The notes below the pieces were generated by a model. The model ran no database searches, was not told the DNA's origin, and worked only from the letters and a program-made list of their open reading frames with translations. Below, piece after piece: positions 29,430 through 37,378 of a DNA stretch of 64,000 bases. Made by a program: the position numbers and the translations under genes. Source of the DNA: Verrucomicrobia subdivision 3 bacterium UBA6082 (GTDB taxonomy: Bacteria; Verrucomicrobiota; Verrucomicrobiia; Limisphaerales; UBA8199); the NCBI GenBank assembly GCA_002428665.1, contig DIXK01000019.1:28758-92757 (forward strand), written 5' to 3'. Within the stretch, counting starts at the first letter, position 1; the number at the start of each line of letters is the position of its first letter.

Positions 29430-29734
29430 GTTACTCTAAAAAGCAAAGCTGGCCGGTCCCCGATATTCGCCGCTCCTTCAAACGGCCGTTTCGGAAAGCG
29501 CCTTTCGGCAACCGGGCCGCCCCACAGCCCAGACCGACCAGCAAATTCTAAATTAATCCTCAGCGGGGATTCCGACCCCCGATTGCTACCCATTGCAAAA
29601 CGCAGGAAACCCATTGCAAAACGATTGCAGCCAAAAACCCCTAACTGGATACCCAGAAAACGTCCCAGGGCATCCTGGAGCGATTTCGCGGCTTGCCGCC
29701 AAGCCTGAGTTTTTGCAATCCAGGCGTGCATCAT
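29426..29734 (-). CDS. hypothetical 102-aa protein (or non-coding regulatory spacer)
   Basis: Supported only by ATGA start/stop overlaps with both neighbours. Contains the 15-bp direct repeats (peptide RFAMG x2). Third-position GC about 52 percent by my count. Confidence 0.3.
   Translation of the reverse strand: MMHAWIAKTQAWRQAAKSLQDALGRFLGIQLGVFGCNRFAMGFLRFAMGSNRGSESPLRINLEFAGRSGLWGGPVAERRFPKRPFEGAANIGDRPALLFRVT
29588..29623. repeat. two perfect 15-bp direct repeats, 21-bp period
   Basis: ACCCATTGCAAAACG at 29588-29602 and 29609-29623, flanked by CGATTGC at 29580 and 29622. About 160-200 bp upstream of the transposase ATG. Confidence 0.9.
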
Positions 29735-30219
29735 ACCTCGCAGCCTTCTTTGGTTTGGTTTCCAAGCAGCCACCGGGTCACTGCCGCTTGGCGGTCTACC
29801 TCGGCATTCAGTTCCGCGAGCGTGGGCATTGCCAGAACTCCGCCGGCGGTTGGCCACCACAGACGCCACACGTCCTCGCGGGTATCGATCCAGGCAAGCT
29901 GGGCGCAACCTGCCAGCCCAGCGCTAGCCAGGGCGCGCCGAGTCGTTTCCAGCCCGGCGCCTACGTTCTCACACCGGATAAAAACGATTGCGCGGTTTAA
30001 TTCGAGCCCTGCCGTGCATCTTTGCAAGCTAACTCCGTCCGCCCGGAATGATGCCTGCAGGAGCGCGCTTAGCACAATCGTGCCGATCCGGTTGAAAGAC
30101 GGGTAGCAGAGCGCCGGCGCCTCGGCTGGGTCCACTGAGATTTGCAAACGAACCAAAATGTTGAACTCGGTCAGTCCCGCGTTCTGCGAGTTCGGTGAAG
30201 GTTGGGGCTCGCGGTTCAT
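29731..30219 (-). CDS. hypothetical protein (162 aa)
   Basis: ORF linked to its neighbours by ATGA overlaps at both ends; no recognisable motif. Confidence 0.5.
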   Translation of the reverse strand: MNREPQPSPNSQNAGLTEFNILVRLQISVDPAEAPALCYPSFNRIGTIVLSALLQASFRADGVSLQRCTAGLELNRAIVFIRCENVGAGLETTRRALASAGLAGCAQLAWIDTREDVWRLWWPTAGGVLAMPTLAELNAEVDRQAAVTRWLLGNQTKEGCEV

Positions 30220-31538
30220 TTACTTCGAGTGTTGGCGATGAGCTGCTCTGCGCGCGCAATCCGCTGCAGGATGTCTTGCTGCTGGGCACTTAATCGCAGC
30301 AGACCCTGAGCGAATCGAGTATCGGTCTGGTTACCGGATTCGATTTGACTGAGAATCTGCTGTGCCAGGTTGGCGCGCTGTTGGTTGGTGGTAGCCAGGG
30401 CGCCTAGCCAGCCAACGGCGGAATCAGTTGCGGCGCCCGATTGGCGCACGGCCGATTCCTGACGCATGGCGGCTTCCTCACCAGGGAGAGACATATCCAG
30501 CCCAAAGGCCTCGACCGCAGCGCTGGCAGCGCCACTGGTCAGACTGTCGCGCCTGGCTCTGGCGGCATCCCGGCCGGCCCGACGTTCACGAAAGCTGTTG
30601 TATCGGCCGATGATGGCCTGGCTGTCGGCTATTCCGCCCTCTTCGCGGCGACGGGCTTCTTCCCAACCAGTGAAAGGACCCCAACGGTAATACGCCTTGG
30701 GTTGATGGAGCCAATACTTGAACCCTCCGCTCTGCATCTCCCCCAACATCCCCAAATATCCCTGCCGGCTAGCGATGTCCTTTTGGGCAAGCTCAGCTTG
30801 CTTGGCCAACTCGGCTTCGGTCTTATCATCGTCGGCTGAGCTTCCCAGGCGGATCTCGCCCGCCATACCCATTTTCCGACGAGCCTCAAGGATGAGGTTG
30901 GCCCGCCTTCCGTATTTCGCGGACAGTTCGCGTTGCGCGGCAATCTCCTTAATATTCAAACCGGCCTGGCCGTAGCGGTCCTCCAGGGCTTGCCTTGCGA
31001 CTGCATAATCTCCCTCACCCATGCTGTCTCGCTGCGCGTCAAGCCTAGCCATGTCCAGGGCACGCTGCTGCTTCAGAATCTCCATCTGAGCGTCAGCTTG
31101 CCGTTTAATGGAAGCAGCCAGTCGATCGCTGTCGGCTGTTGCTGATTTGTAGTGCTCGGAGGCCTGGCTAATCGCAAGACCGAACTCCCGCCAAGCGTTA
31201 GCGGCAGCCGTCACTCGCCCAACAAAATCAATCTTGATGTTGGGCAGTTCGAACCCAGCCAGGCTGCGCGTGAGTTCATCCACTCGCTTTCTCCAGAGTG
31301 CGAAAGCTGCCACAATTGCCAGGACCGATGCGGTGATGGGGTTGACCATCATGCTCGCCGCTTGGGCCAGCAGCGGGAACTGGAGCGAGAGCCCGCGGAA
31401 AGCGTCCTTGAGTTGGGTCGAGGCCTTGGCCGTCTTGCCGACGGCCGCCTCCACCTTGCCCAACGACTCGGCAGCGCGCTGCGCTCCAGACGTCTCGGCC
31501 TGGGTCCGTATCAGGATGTCAACCTGTTCATCGGCCAT
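30216..31538 (-). CDS. coiled-coil protein with central hydrophobic segments (tape-measure/scaffold-like)
   Basis: About 440 aa from the ATG at 31538 (MADEQVD). Hydrophobic stretch LQFPLLAQAASMMVNPITASVLAIVAAFALW, then long Ala/Arg/Gln/Glu-rich heptad-like regions. Confidence 0.55.
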   Translation of the reverse strand: MADEQVDILIRTQAETSGAQRAAESLGKVEAAVGKTAKASTQLKDAFRGLSLQFPLLAQAASMMVNPITASVLAIVAAFALWRKRVDELTRSLAGFELPNIKIDFVGRVTAAANAWREFGLAISQASEHYKSATADSDRLAASIKRQADAQMEILKQQRALDMARLDAQRDSMGEGDYAVARQALEDRYGQAGLNIKEIAAQRELSAKYGRRANLILEARRKMGMAGEIRLGSSADDDKTEAELAKQAELAQKDIASRQGYLGMLGEMQSGGFKYWLHQPKAYYRWGPFTGWEEARRREEGGIADSQAIIGRYNSFRERRAGRDAARARRDSLTSGAASAAVEAFGLDMSLPGEEAAMRQESAVRQSGAATDSAVGWLGALATTNQQRANLAQQILSQIESGNQTDTRFAQGLLRLSAQQQDILQRIARAEQLIANTRSK

Positions 31539-31542
31539 ACTG

Positions 31543-31830
31543 CTAGATCTTCGGCTTTCTTCCGACCCTGCCGACTTTGGCCTCCAATAGCCCACTGAAC
31601 CCTCTCAGCGCGTAAGCCCGGTCCCATCGGCGCAGTGAAGATTTCGAAGCGGCAAAGCGAAATTCGCGGGCAGTGCGAGCAAGAGCTGCTTCGCTGCCCA
31701 CGCCATCGCGGATTAGGTGCGAAAGCAATCGGACGGCTTGTTCGCGCATTAACGCGCGGCCTAGGGCTGGAGGCGAAAACTTGTCGCGCGCTCGATTGGG
31801 GCGAGCGCTTAGATTATTGGTGTTGGTCAT
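31543..31830 (-). CDS. small HTH DNA-binding protein (IS3/IS481 OrfA-like HTH)
   Basis: 95 aa from the ATG at 31830. ...AALARTAREFRFAASKSSLRRWDRAYALRGFSGLLEAKVGRVGRKPK resembles transposase-type N-terminal HTH domains. Confidence 0.55.
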   Translation of the reverse strand: MTNTNNLSARPNRARDKFSPPALGRALMREQAVRLLSHLIRDGVGSEAALARTAREFRFAASKSSLRRWDRAYALRGFSGLLEAKVGRVGRKPKI

Positions 31831-32028
31831 ATACTGAAGGAAAAGAATGCACCCTACCCGGACGATACGGGCAGGGTGCCAGGGAGAGGTAAAATCCACT
31901 GCTTGAGCAGGTGAGCAAAGCGGCGGCAAAACAACTCCCCCAACCAGCGCCCGACGGGGAAACAAACGACCCCTGCGGCTGCTGGTTAAATTTTTGTTTC
32001 ATGAATAATCCTATGCCTCGGAACGCAC

Positions 32029-32601
32029 TCAGTCGTAACGCACCGTTATTGCGTCCAGGCTACAGGCGCTCGTTCCGTCGAGCACCACGCGCACAGGCCG
32101 GCCACGATTGCCGCTGTAGATGGCCTCGCCCTGGTAGTTAACCGTGGCTGCAGCGCATTTGAGCGTGGTTGCGGCGCTCATCTTGTAAACCTCATCACCA
32201 GGCAGGGTCACAACGCCATTCGTGGCGACCAGGGTAACGTTGGTTGTGTTCGCGAACGCGGCAATAACCGCGCTCGTGTGCGTGCCGTCGGCATTCACGA
32301 TCACCAGGACGTCATCGGCCGCGAGGCCGTTGGTGCTGGTGACGCTTATCGTCCCGCCGCTGGCGTTGCTGGAGCCAATCACATAGGGAGTGGTCCCTGT
32401 GCGAATGGAGAGCACGCTCGCGGCCTTGTCGCTCGTTGCAATAGCCCCGACTAGCCGAATCTGCGCTTGCGGATTGGCAGGGAAATGCACTTCGCACGAT
32501 GCAGTGCCGGATGCGTTCTTAGTCACGTAATCGGCGCCTGCGGCCGGGAGGGCGACAATTGCCGCCAAAGCCAGGCCAAGAAGATTTCTAGTTCTGTTCA
32601 T
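32029..32601 (-). CDS. secreted beta-rich hypothetical protein
   Basis: Signal peptide MNRTRNLLGLALAAIVALPAAGA. Thr/Val/Ala/Gly-rich mature part. Lies immediately downstream of the capsid gene. Confidence 0.6.
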   Translation of the reverse strand: MNRTRNLLGLALAAIVALPAAGADYVTKNASGTASCEVHFPANPQAQIRLVGAIATSDKAASVLSIRTGTTPYVIGSSNASGGTISVTSTNGLAADDVLVIVNADGTHTSAVIAAFANTTNVTLVATNGVVTLPGDEVYKMSAATTLKCAAATVNYQGEAIYSGNRGRPVRVVLDGTSACSLDAITVRYD

Positions 32602-32642
32602 ATCGATGTTCTATTTCTCGATTGCGGTTGATTCGTTACGGC

Positions 32643-34028
32643 TTATGCCGCCGGCGTTTTGAGCGCAGAGGCTGCTTCCAGGCTCGCGTAATCGAAGTCG
32701 ACTAACTCCAGGAACCGAGTCGCCAGCTGGTCATACACAAAATAGACATGCTCGCTGGTATCGATGCGCGGCGTGCCCCGTTGGCCCATCCACCAAAAGC
32801 GCAGATTGCCAAAGACTGCCAGGTTCTTGCTAGCTGCAGCCGCTGTGCTGTAGGGTTGCAGAACCTCGGTCCATGTGATCGGGAACCCATCAAGGCGAGC
32901 GGTGCCGTCGGGCGTATAAACAAAGGCGTAAGGATCGCCTGCGGTGTTGAACGCACGCAACCGCGATTCCCACGACTGATTGAGGAAATACCGCGCACCC
33001 GAAAGTGCCCCGGTGGAAACCAAGCGCCTCATTTCACGGAAGTCTTCCAAATCGGCATCGCTGGGCTTGGTGTTGCCTGCAGCAAGCTCAATGACTTTAG
33101 CGTTCTCAGATGCGATCTGACACACGCCTTTGATTTCGCCATACGTGGCAGTGCCGTCTGCCAGGAAGCCCCAGGTATCTTCAGCACGAGCGAACTCGAT
33201 TGCCCCATAGCGAGCCAGGAATTGGCCCATAGCCACGGCGGAGCCAGTGTCAATCTCGGTAGGAACAATCACAATGCCACCAAGCTTGTGAGGCTCAAGG
33301 CTAGCAAAGGTTAAGGTCGGTTTCTTCTCGAGCACCTCGCCGCTCATATCGATAGCCCCGAAGGCAGGCCGCGTTCCCATCCGGGGCGGTTTGGCAACGC
33401 CCCCGGCCATGGGGTAGATAGTCATGGCCCTGCGGACAACGCCGAACTCCGCGATGAGTTCGACGAGCTCTGAACCGTAAATCTCCGGCAGCGGCACTTC
33501 GGTAGTGCTCAGCGCTCGAGTCGAGCCCACCAAGCTGCGGGCCTCGGCGAGCAAAGAGTCTCGGTGACTCGCGGTTGGAATGAAAGACTCCAGCTTGCCT
33601 GAGCGTTCCGCATGCAGCACCACGGACGCGGTTAGCGACCTTGCGCATTCGTCGCTCACCTGGCCCGGCCGGCGCGCAGTGAAACTGCCTGTCAGTCGAG
33701 CTCGTCGCAGCGAGACCAAGTGATCTGCCTGCTCGTTTGCAACCTGTTCCAACTTATCGGTCCGGCTCTTCAGGTTTCTCGTGTCTGTAGCCAACTCGGC
33801 GACACCAGAGAGAACGCGCTTCTGGAACTCGCCCCGATCCAATGGCTCATCGTCTCCTTCAGCCCGAGAGCGGCTGGCTGCAAGCCCAACTGGGAAAGCC
33901 GCGAGCACGCCGGCTTCTGGGATGCTGTAAATGACAGCGATCAGAGCCAGCACTGACAAGGTTACCAAGCCCAGCACCAGGACCCACGAGGGGACACTGT
34001 GCTGCCGTTCGTTAAATCGTTCATTCAT
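32643..34028 (-). CDS. HK97-family phage major capsid protein with N-terminal TM helix and coiled-coil (delta-like) region
   Basis: LPEIYGSELVELIAEFGVVRRAMTIYPM...LEKKPTLTFASLEPHKLGGIVIVPTEI...FLARYGAIEFARAEDTWGFLADGTATYGEIKG follows the Phage_capsid (HK97) consensus. N-terminal hydrophobic segment VPSWVLVLGLVTLSVLALIAVIY. ATG at 34028. Confidence 0.75.
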   Translation of the reverse strand: MNERFNERQHSVPSWVLVLGLVTLSVLALIAVIYSIPEAGVLAAFPVGLAASRSRAEGDDEPLDRGEFQKRVLSGVAELATDTRNLKSRTDKLEQVANEQADHLVSLRRARLTGSFTARRPGQVSDECARSLTASVVLHAERSGKLESFIPTASHRDSLLAEARSLVGSTRALSTTEVPLPEIYGSELVELIAEFGVVRRAMTIYPMAGGVAKPPRMGTRPAFGAIDMSGEVLEKKPTLTFASLEPHKLGGIVIVPTEIDTGSAVAMGQFLARYGAIEFARAEDTWGFLADGTATYGEIKGVCQIASENAKVIELAAGNTKPSDADLEDFREMRRLVSTGALSGARYFLNQSWESRLRAFNTAGDPYAFVYTPDGTARLDGFPITWTEVLQPYSTAAAASKNLAVFGNLRFWWMGQRGTPRIDTSEHVYFVYDQLATRFLELVDFDYASLEAASALKTPAA

Positions 34029-34047
34029 ACTAATTAATCTCGAAAAT

Positions 34048-34320
34048 TTAGATTCTGTTCCCCCGGACCGGAGCTGGGTATTCGCCAAGGGCGACCCCAA
34101 AAGGCCGGGTCAAAATCTGGTTGTTCCAGCCCTCTAAATCGGGCGCGCCGCTGGTCGATAGGCATAGGCGCGCATAAGGCCTGATCGACTGTCTCCGATC
34201 CATTCTGCCGGATTCTAACTGCACTAACAGGTGTGATGCCTGGCCATCCACCGGCGGCTGCCCAGGCTGCAAGCCTGCCGGATCTCTCACACCAAAATTC
34301 ACATTTGCCGCAACAATCAT
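34048..34320 (-). CDS. hypothetical 90-aa protein
   Basis: Fills the gap between the Ner-like gene (stop 34328) and the capsid ATG (34028) exactly; there is no other support. Confidence 0.3.
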   Translation of the reverse strand: MIVAANVNFGVRDPAGLQPGQPPVDGQASHLLVQLESGRMDRRQSIRPYARLCLSTSGAPDLEGWNNQILTRPFGVALGEYPAPVRGNRI

Positions 34321-34327
34321 GTCGCAA

Positions 34328-34714
34328 TTACTGCCCAGCCTGCTGGGTGCTGGCCTCGGCAGTCATTTCTTTGAGCTCCTGATTGCTTTTTTGCATGGTC
34401 AAAACAATCTTTCGCAGCCGGGCAAGTCGATAGTTCGCGGACTGGATCATAGCCGCGTTACCCCTCTTGCAGTCCTCAATGGCCCCCAGGATTTTTTCCT
34501 GGAACTCTAGCGAATACGGATTTGGCTGTTTCATAATTTCACTGATCTCGCGATACCCTGCCAGGAGCTTTGGGTCTTGACGCCTGCCGAGCAGGGTAAA
34601 CCGAAGGTGATTGTATGAGCACCCAAGGATCACAGCTGCATCCGCCAGCCCCGGCCACCGTCTTCGATTATGGCACACACTATGTTTTGCCAATTCTTTA
34701 TTGCAACGCGTCAT
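34328..34714 (-). CDS. Ner/Cro-like small HTH regulator
   Basis: WPGLADAAVILGCSYNHLRFTLLGRR resembles Ner/Nlp-type HTH domains. Divergent from the repressor gene. ATG at 34714 (ORF open to 34753). Confidence 0.5.
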   Translation of the reverse strand: MTRCNKELAKHSVCHNRRRWPGLADAAVILGCSYNHLRFTLLGRRQDPKLLAGYREISEIMKQPNPYSLEFQEKILGAIEDCKRGNAAMIQSANYRLARLRKIVLTMQKSNQELKEMTAEASTQQAGQ

Positions 34715-34798
34715 TGTGGGTAATAGGAAACACTCTTCCCGCTCTCCCGTCAAGGATTTCTTTGTTTTTTAATTCGACGGGTTAACATCGGCTTTTCG

Positions 34799-35620
34799 AT
34801 GCCTAGAAAGAACCCAGTACCAGCGCGCGACGTCGAAATTGGACGAAGGCTTGCGACGTTCCGTAAAGCCCGCAGATGCCCACGATCTTATTTGGCCGCG
34901 CAGACCGGAATGGATAGCTCCGCAATTGCGAGAATCGAACAAGGCCGGGTCCCTTTAAAATATCATCAAGCCAGGGAGATCCTGCGCTTCTTCAAGCTAA
35001 ACCCCATGTGGGTAGCCACCGGAATGGGATTAAAACAAGCATATTGGGAGCTTCCAAATTTCGAAAAAAGTGCGGAAAACGATGACTTTTCAAAGGTCAT
35101 GGAGTATTTTGGTGAGAGAATTTTTCCCCAGTATTCCTCGGATGTGATAAGGGAGGCCGAGCAGAGGTCTTCGGAACGGGAGCCAGCCATTGAACTGATA
35201 ACACTAGCTGCGCGAGAGTGGTGCGGAATGGTCAACGAGTCCTCATTCAATAGCTTTTTCAGTTCCTTGATAGACTACGGTTACTTCCTGGCGGAGAAAT
35301 ACCAACAAAACGCCATTCCCGACAATGCTCTAAGCAATCCAACCCCCCCTAGACCCCGCCCAGAGAATGAAATCAAAAAAAAGGACTTGCACGATGTTAA
35401 CGCAAAAGTTAATGATGGAGACGTGAACCAAATGGCCAGTCTGATAAACCGACTCCTGGTAGCAACCCAAGCTCGAGGCAAGAAATCTGAACTTGCGAGG
35501 TTCTTGGGCCTTCCGTTGGCTAGTGTTTCTCAGTGGCTGTCTGGCAAGCGATCCCCGTCCGGGGAAACCACGCTTAAGCTGCTGGAATGGGTTGAACGGC
35601 GAGAGCGTGAAACCAAATAA
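34799..35620 (+). CDS. repressor-like protein with two XRE-type HTH domains
   Basis: N-terminal IGRRLATFRKARRCPRSYLAAQTGMDSSAIARIEQGR and C-terminal KKSELARFLGLPLASVSQWLSGKRSPSGETTLKLLEW. Confidence 0.75.
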   Translation: MPRKNPVPARDVEIGRRLATFRKARRCPRSYLAAQTGMDSSAIARIEQGRVPLKYHQAREILRFFKLNPMWVATGMGLKQAYWELPNFEKSAENDDFSKVMEYFGERIFPQYSSDVIREAEQRSSEREPAIELITLAAREWCGMVNESSFNSFFSSLIDYGYFLAEKYQQNAIPDNALSNPTPPRPRPENEIKKKDLHDVNAKVNDGDVNQMASLINRLLVATQARGKKSELARFLGLPLASVSQWLSGKRSPSGETTLKLLEWVERRERETK

Positions 35621-35650
35621 AAACCCCAGCGATGCTGAAACATCGCAGGG

Positions 35651-36484
35651 GTGAATCGACCCAGGAGAAAGCACCGCATGCAAAGCAATACTAACAACCG
35701 GGCCAACGGCCACAGTAATAAAAAACGCACACGAAAGCAAACCGGACGTTTACTGGCCGATGATACCCAATCCTGCCAGCCCGCATCCATCTTCAACAAT
35801 GATGATCAGCTCAAAAAGTTGAGTGTCGATGAAATGGCCGAGCTTTGTGCAAAACATGAATCCAAATTCGGCCAGACGCCGGATTTTAATGATCTTGCAG
35901 ATATCTATGTCTATGATCTATCTGACGCCCAGATACTGGACTCGGTGTCCCTCCTGGTGGATGAGTTTGCGGACGATCTGAGCCAGCTGGTAAAGAAAAC
36001 CCTGGTGATCATGCCCGGCCGATTCAGAATCTGGGCTATGCACATGCTGTCATCTGTAGCCGCAGCGCGCGAAGCTGCCCGGCGTTGCCGGTGGTATGGG
36101 CTCAAGTCCGCGCCTGGTCGCATGGCAGAAAAAGAGGGTCATGGCCGCGAGCCGATGCTCCTGGATCTCTACGGATTCAGTGGGCGCGTGGCCTTTAGCG
36201 ATGGGGATCTGCTATCTCACATCTGTGATAATGTGTATGGCTGGCGCACTGAAATTCAAGAAAAGCTCCTTAGCCAGTATCACGGGCAGAGGCGCAGCAG
36301 AATGCTCGAGCTTCTCAGTCTTTGCGAGAAGGTTTGCCTGCGCGACGGAACGGCTGATGAGGCACTGTTAAGTGAAATGCGGTGCGGTTCCACTCCGACA
36401 GTCAACCTTGTCATGGACGATCGTAGTGATCGCTTTCTGCAGGCCATTAATACCCACCGGACCCCGGAAAAAGTAAGCCGGTAA
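35651..36484 (+). CDS. hypothetical protein (basic N-terminus)
   Basis: 277-aa ORF in the AT-richer segment with no recognisable motif. Alternative ATG start at 35678. Confidence 0.5.
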   Translation: MNRPRRKHRMQSNTNNRANGHSNKKRTRKQTGRLLADDTQSCQPASIFNNDDQLKKLSVDEMAELCAKHESKFGQTPDFNDLADIYVYDLSDAQILDSVSLLVDEFADDLSQLVKKTLVIMPGRFRIWAMHMLSSVAAAREAARRCRWYGLKSAPGRMAEKEGHGREPMLLDLYGFSGRVAFSDGDLLSHICDNVYGWRTEIQEKLLSQYHGQRRSRMLELLSLCEKVCLRDGTADEALLSEMRCGSTPTVNLVMDDRSDRFLQAINTHRTPEKVSR

Positions 36485-36497
36485 CCAGGTCTTCGCC

Positions 36498-36953
36498 GTG
36501 GACGCAAGCAGTAACCAATCGCCAGAGCCAACCCTGGAGACCATTACTGACGTCCAGGAACAGCTGATTGCGGCTATCGCCGGCCTGGACTCCGACCAGA
36601 GCCGGCGCGCTGAGGTCATTGGTAGGCTGCGCAGCCTCCGAAATATAGTAATATCAACCCTTGTCTGGATTCACGTGAAGGACGGTTTCAAAGAGGAAAT
36701 CGATCTCAAATTCGTTGGCGAGCCGGAAGGCCCCCATCGGCAAGTAACCAACTCCGACGCGGTCGTTTACCTGCGGGAGCTCCGGAGCATCGTTGAGGGT
36801 GCCCTGGACCTATCCAAGGAGGCCCCGCGCGATGGACTCGAGCAAGCCTTCGCCAGTGACCACGAGGTAGACGCGCAAGCAGTGAAAGACGCCCTATTCG
36901 ATAGCCGCGTTCGGCGCCTCCGCCAGGCGGTCGACAACTTCCGAGGCAATTAG
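36498..36953 (+). CDS. hypothetical protein (151 aa)
   Basis: GTG-initiated ORF 13 nt after the previous stop, followed by a rho-independent terminator. Confidence 0.5.
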   Translation: MDASSNQSPEPTLETITDVQEQLIAAIAGLDSDQSRRAEVIGRLRSLRNIVISTLVWIHVKDGFKEEIDLKFVGEPEGPHRQVTNSDAVVYLRELRSIVEGALDLSKEAPRDGLEQAFASDHEVDAQAVKDALFDSRVRRLRQAVDNFRGN

Positions 36954-36972
36954 GCCTACCCCACTCCCTAAC

Positions 36973-37009
36973 CGCCGGCTTGGCTAACCCCCTGGCCGGC
37001 GTCTTTTTT
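36973..37009 (+). terminator. rho-independent terminator
   Basis: CGCCGG-17 nt loop-CCGGCG followed by TCTTTTTT. Confidence 0.65.
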
Positions 37010-37075
37010 GCCGGTGGTGCCCCAGATCAGCGGCCGGGATCTCGCCCCCCTAGCCAGGCAACCCCCTTGTAAGCC

Positions 37076-37093
37076 GATTGCGCCAAGCTTGCA
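37076..37093 (-). repeat. third, internal end-like sequence
   Basis: The reverse complement TGCAAGCTTGGCGCAATC shares TG and the TTGGCGCA..ATC core with the left tip. Confidence 0.4.
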
Positions 37094-37345
37094 CCCCCTC
37101 AGAAATCGCCCTTCAGGGCAACTCAACCAGCCCCAAAACCCCCGTTTTTCGCTTCACACCTCACACCCCCCCCACCGCCACCGACAATTTGTCCACTTTG
37201 CATGTCCAACCCAATATTTACAGGGGTTTGCTCGCTGTCTGGTCTGGACATCCATTTTGGACAGATTATGAAAACTGGACAACTTATGGATTTCGACGCC
37301 TTTAATAACGTCGCTGTAAGCCATTGATTTTAAGGCCAATAAACC

Positions 37346-37365
37346 CTAATCAAGGCTAATCAAGG
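37346..37365 (+). repeat. perfect tandem 10-mer x2
   Basis: CTAATCAAGG CTAATCAAGG inside the right end. CCTAATC also occurs at 24730 in the left end. Confidence 0.9.
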
Positions 37366-37378
37366 AAAACCCCATTTC

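Noticed and set aside
31814-32002. 62-aa minus-strand ORF with a lipobox-like LLTC between the secreted-protein gene and the 95-aa HTH gene
   Set aside because: It overlaps the better-supported ATG at 31830 and has a weak lipobox. The evidence is insufficient.
29593-33314. Plus-strand ORFs of 130-190 aa inside the element (29593-30000, 29693-30106, 30441-30839, 31152-31598, 32748-33314)
   Set aside because: Each overlaps a minus-strand ORF that has either family motifs (capsid) or ATGA coupling to its neighbours. The plus-strand products are Arg/Pro/Ser-rich with no motifs.
37008-37339. Short ORFs (87, 75 and 61 aa) in the right end region of the element
   Set aside because: They lie in a repeat-dense, C-rich region downstream of a terminator. 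Their Pro/His/Ser-rich products have no start context. I interpret the region as end and binding-site DNA.
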